A stretch of 64,000 bases of DNA from Catajapyx aquilonaris (Eukaryota), in contig JYFJ02001085.1 in assembly GCA_000934665.2 (NCBI GenBank), positions 1-64,000 on the forward strand, written 5' to 3'. Under the pieces are notes generated by a model. It did not search any database. It was not told the origin of the DNA and was given only the letters and a program-made list of their open reading frames with translations. Numbering within the stretch: the first letter of the stretch is position 1; every line of letters starts with the position of its first letter. Made by a program: the position numbers and the translations under genes. Positions 62,927-64,000 of the stretch are shown piece after piece.

Positions 62927-64000
62927 TGAATATTATGCTAGGTGTGAAGTTTTGGTACCGTACTTTCAAATGTGTGCAATTTCATCAAATCAGTTCTCAC
63001 GCCATTTCAAATGCTAAGATAAGCTGGAAATGTGTTAGATATTTATGAGCATACAAAGTTTTGGTTTTATACACACTATCATATAATTTATGGAATCATC
63101 ATAAAATATCAAAATCCTACTATAAATATTGTTTGACGCAAAAAAAGGACGTTATCGACCTCTCTGACATCCATTGCAAATATCTGATTGTTGATTCTGA
63201 GTCATTGTTTACAATGATCAACTCTTCCATCACCTTTCGTGTGAGCGCATGCTCACCTTCCATTTGCATCGAGGCGTGTTTGATAGGGCTTATATAATTC
63301 ATTTTCCTTGCTCTGCCATTCGTTGTAGAAAATCATTGGTGCCATCCACCGACTCCCCCTCCCTATAAGCTGGCCCAACAATGCAAAAAATGATGCCTTT
63401 TATAAGGAGTTATAGAGAAAAGATAGGGTTGCAAATACACACACTAAAAACTATAAGACCCATCCGTTATAAATTTGCAAACAATATTTTTTGTATGCAA
63501 TAGAAAAAATGACCGTCAAATATATACAGTTTGAAATCAATTAAGGAAGTGGCTTGTTGAACAATAATGTTGCTTGTGACATGCCTGTCACTCAAAATTA
63601 CTGCCTTTGTATAATAGCATCATCATTAAGGCCAAATTTATAATAGATATGACCTTTAAGACTAGGCCAAGCATTTCTAGAAGACCTGATGTGGTGACTC
63701 AGCACTCGTCAGAAGGATTTATACCGTGATTACATGCAGTCTGCCCACTCTCATGTAATTGGACATGAATTTACACTCTGAGAAAATGATGTCAAACAAT
63801 GTTCACGACATCATATTAAAAATTATATTGTAACGCATAGTACAGTTATGTCTGTTAATATTATTCCAGCTATATTGGATAGCCACTGAACTTTATTCTG
63901 GCACCACTGCTTCCAGTATGGGCATACTGTATAATTATTTTTTAAAGCATTTTATGCATTATATGATACTGTGACAGACAAGGAGTCACATAAAGAGGCT

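Noticed and set aside
1..64000. Most ORFs in the six-frame track (e.g. 28390-29004, 29152-29712, 30067-30516, 34235-34690, 61005-61475)
   Set aside because: They are short, often start at TTG/GTG, are low-complexity (Pro/Gly/Phe runs from homopolymers) and overlap on both strands. I recognise no domains, which is consistent with chance ORFs in non-coding eukaryotic DNA.

Overview
This is eukaryotic, almost entirely non-coding DNA, probably from an arthropod (inferred from TTAGG-type repeats). Ns inside C/G homopolymers suggest a draft assembly. No ORF in the six-frame track is confidently a host gene; most are short, low-complexity or fall inside repeats. The window reads as an intron or gene desert: an AT-rich background broken by many GC-rich, purine/pyrimidine-skewed islands, plus many small non-autonomous mobile elements. 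These include two copies of a tRNA-derived SINE (one with a 9-bp TSD), three copies each of two TA-flanked MITE families, a young 424-bp MITE with 110-bp TIRs, an 8-bp-TSD MITE, a CACT-ended element, a 942-bp TIR element and several near-perfect palindromes. Three leads stand out. (1) Two related (CA)n-associated elements carrying telomere-type (CCTAA)n tracts are nested in tandem inside a MITE. (2) An inverted-repeat-bounded cassette is packed with RFX X-box motifs. (3) A possible two-exon minus-strand reading frame weakly resembles the C-terminal domain of Loqs/TRBP/R2D2 proteins. None is proven, and I see no clear multi-gene novel system.
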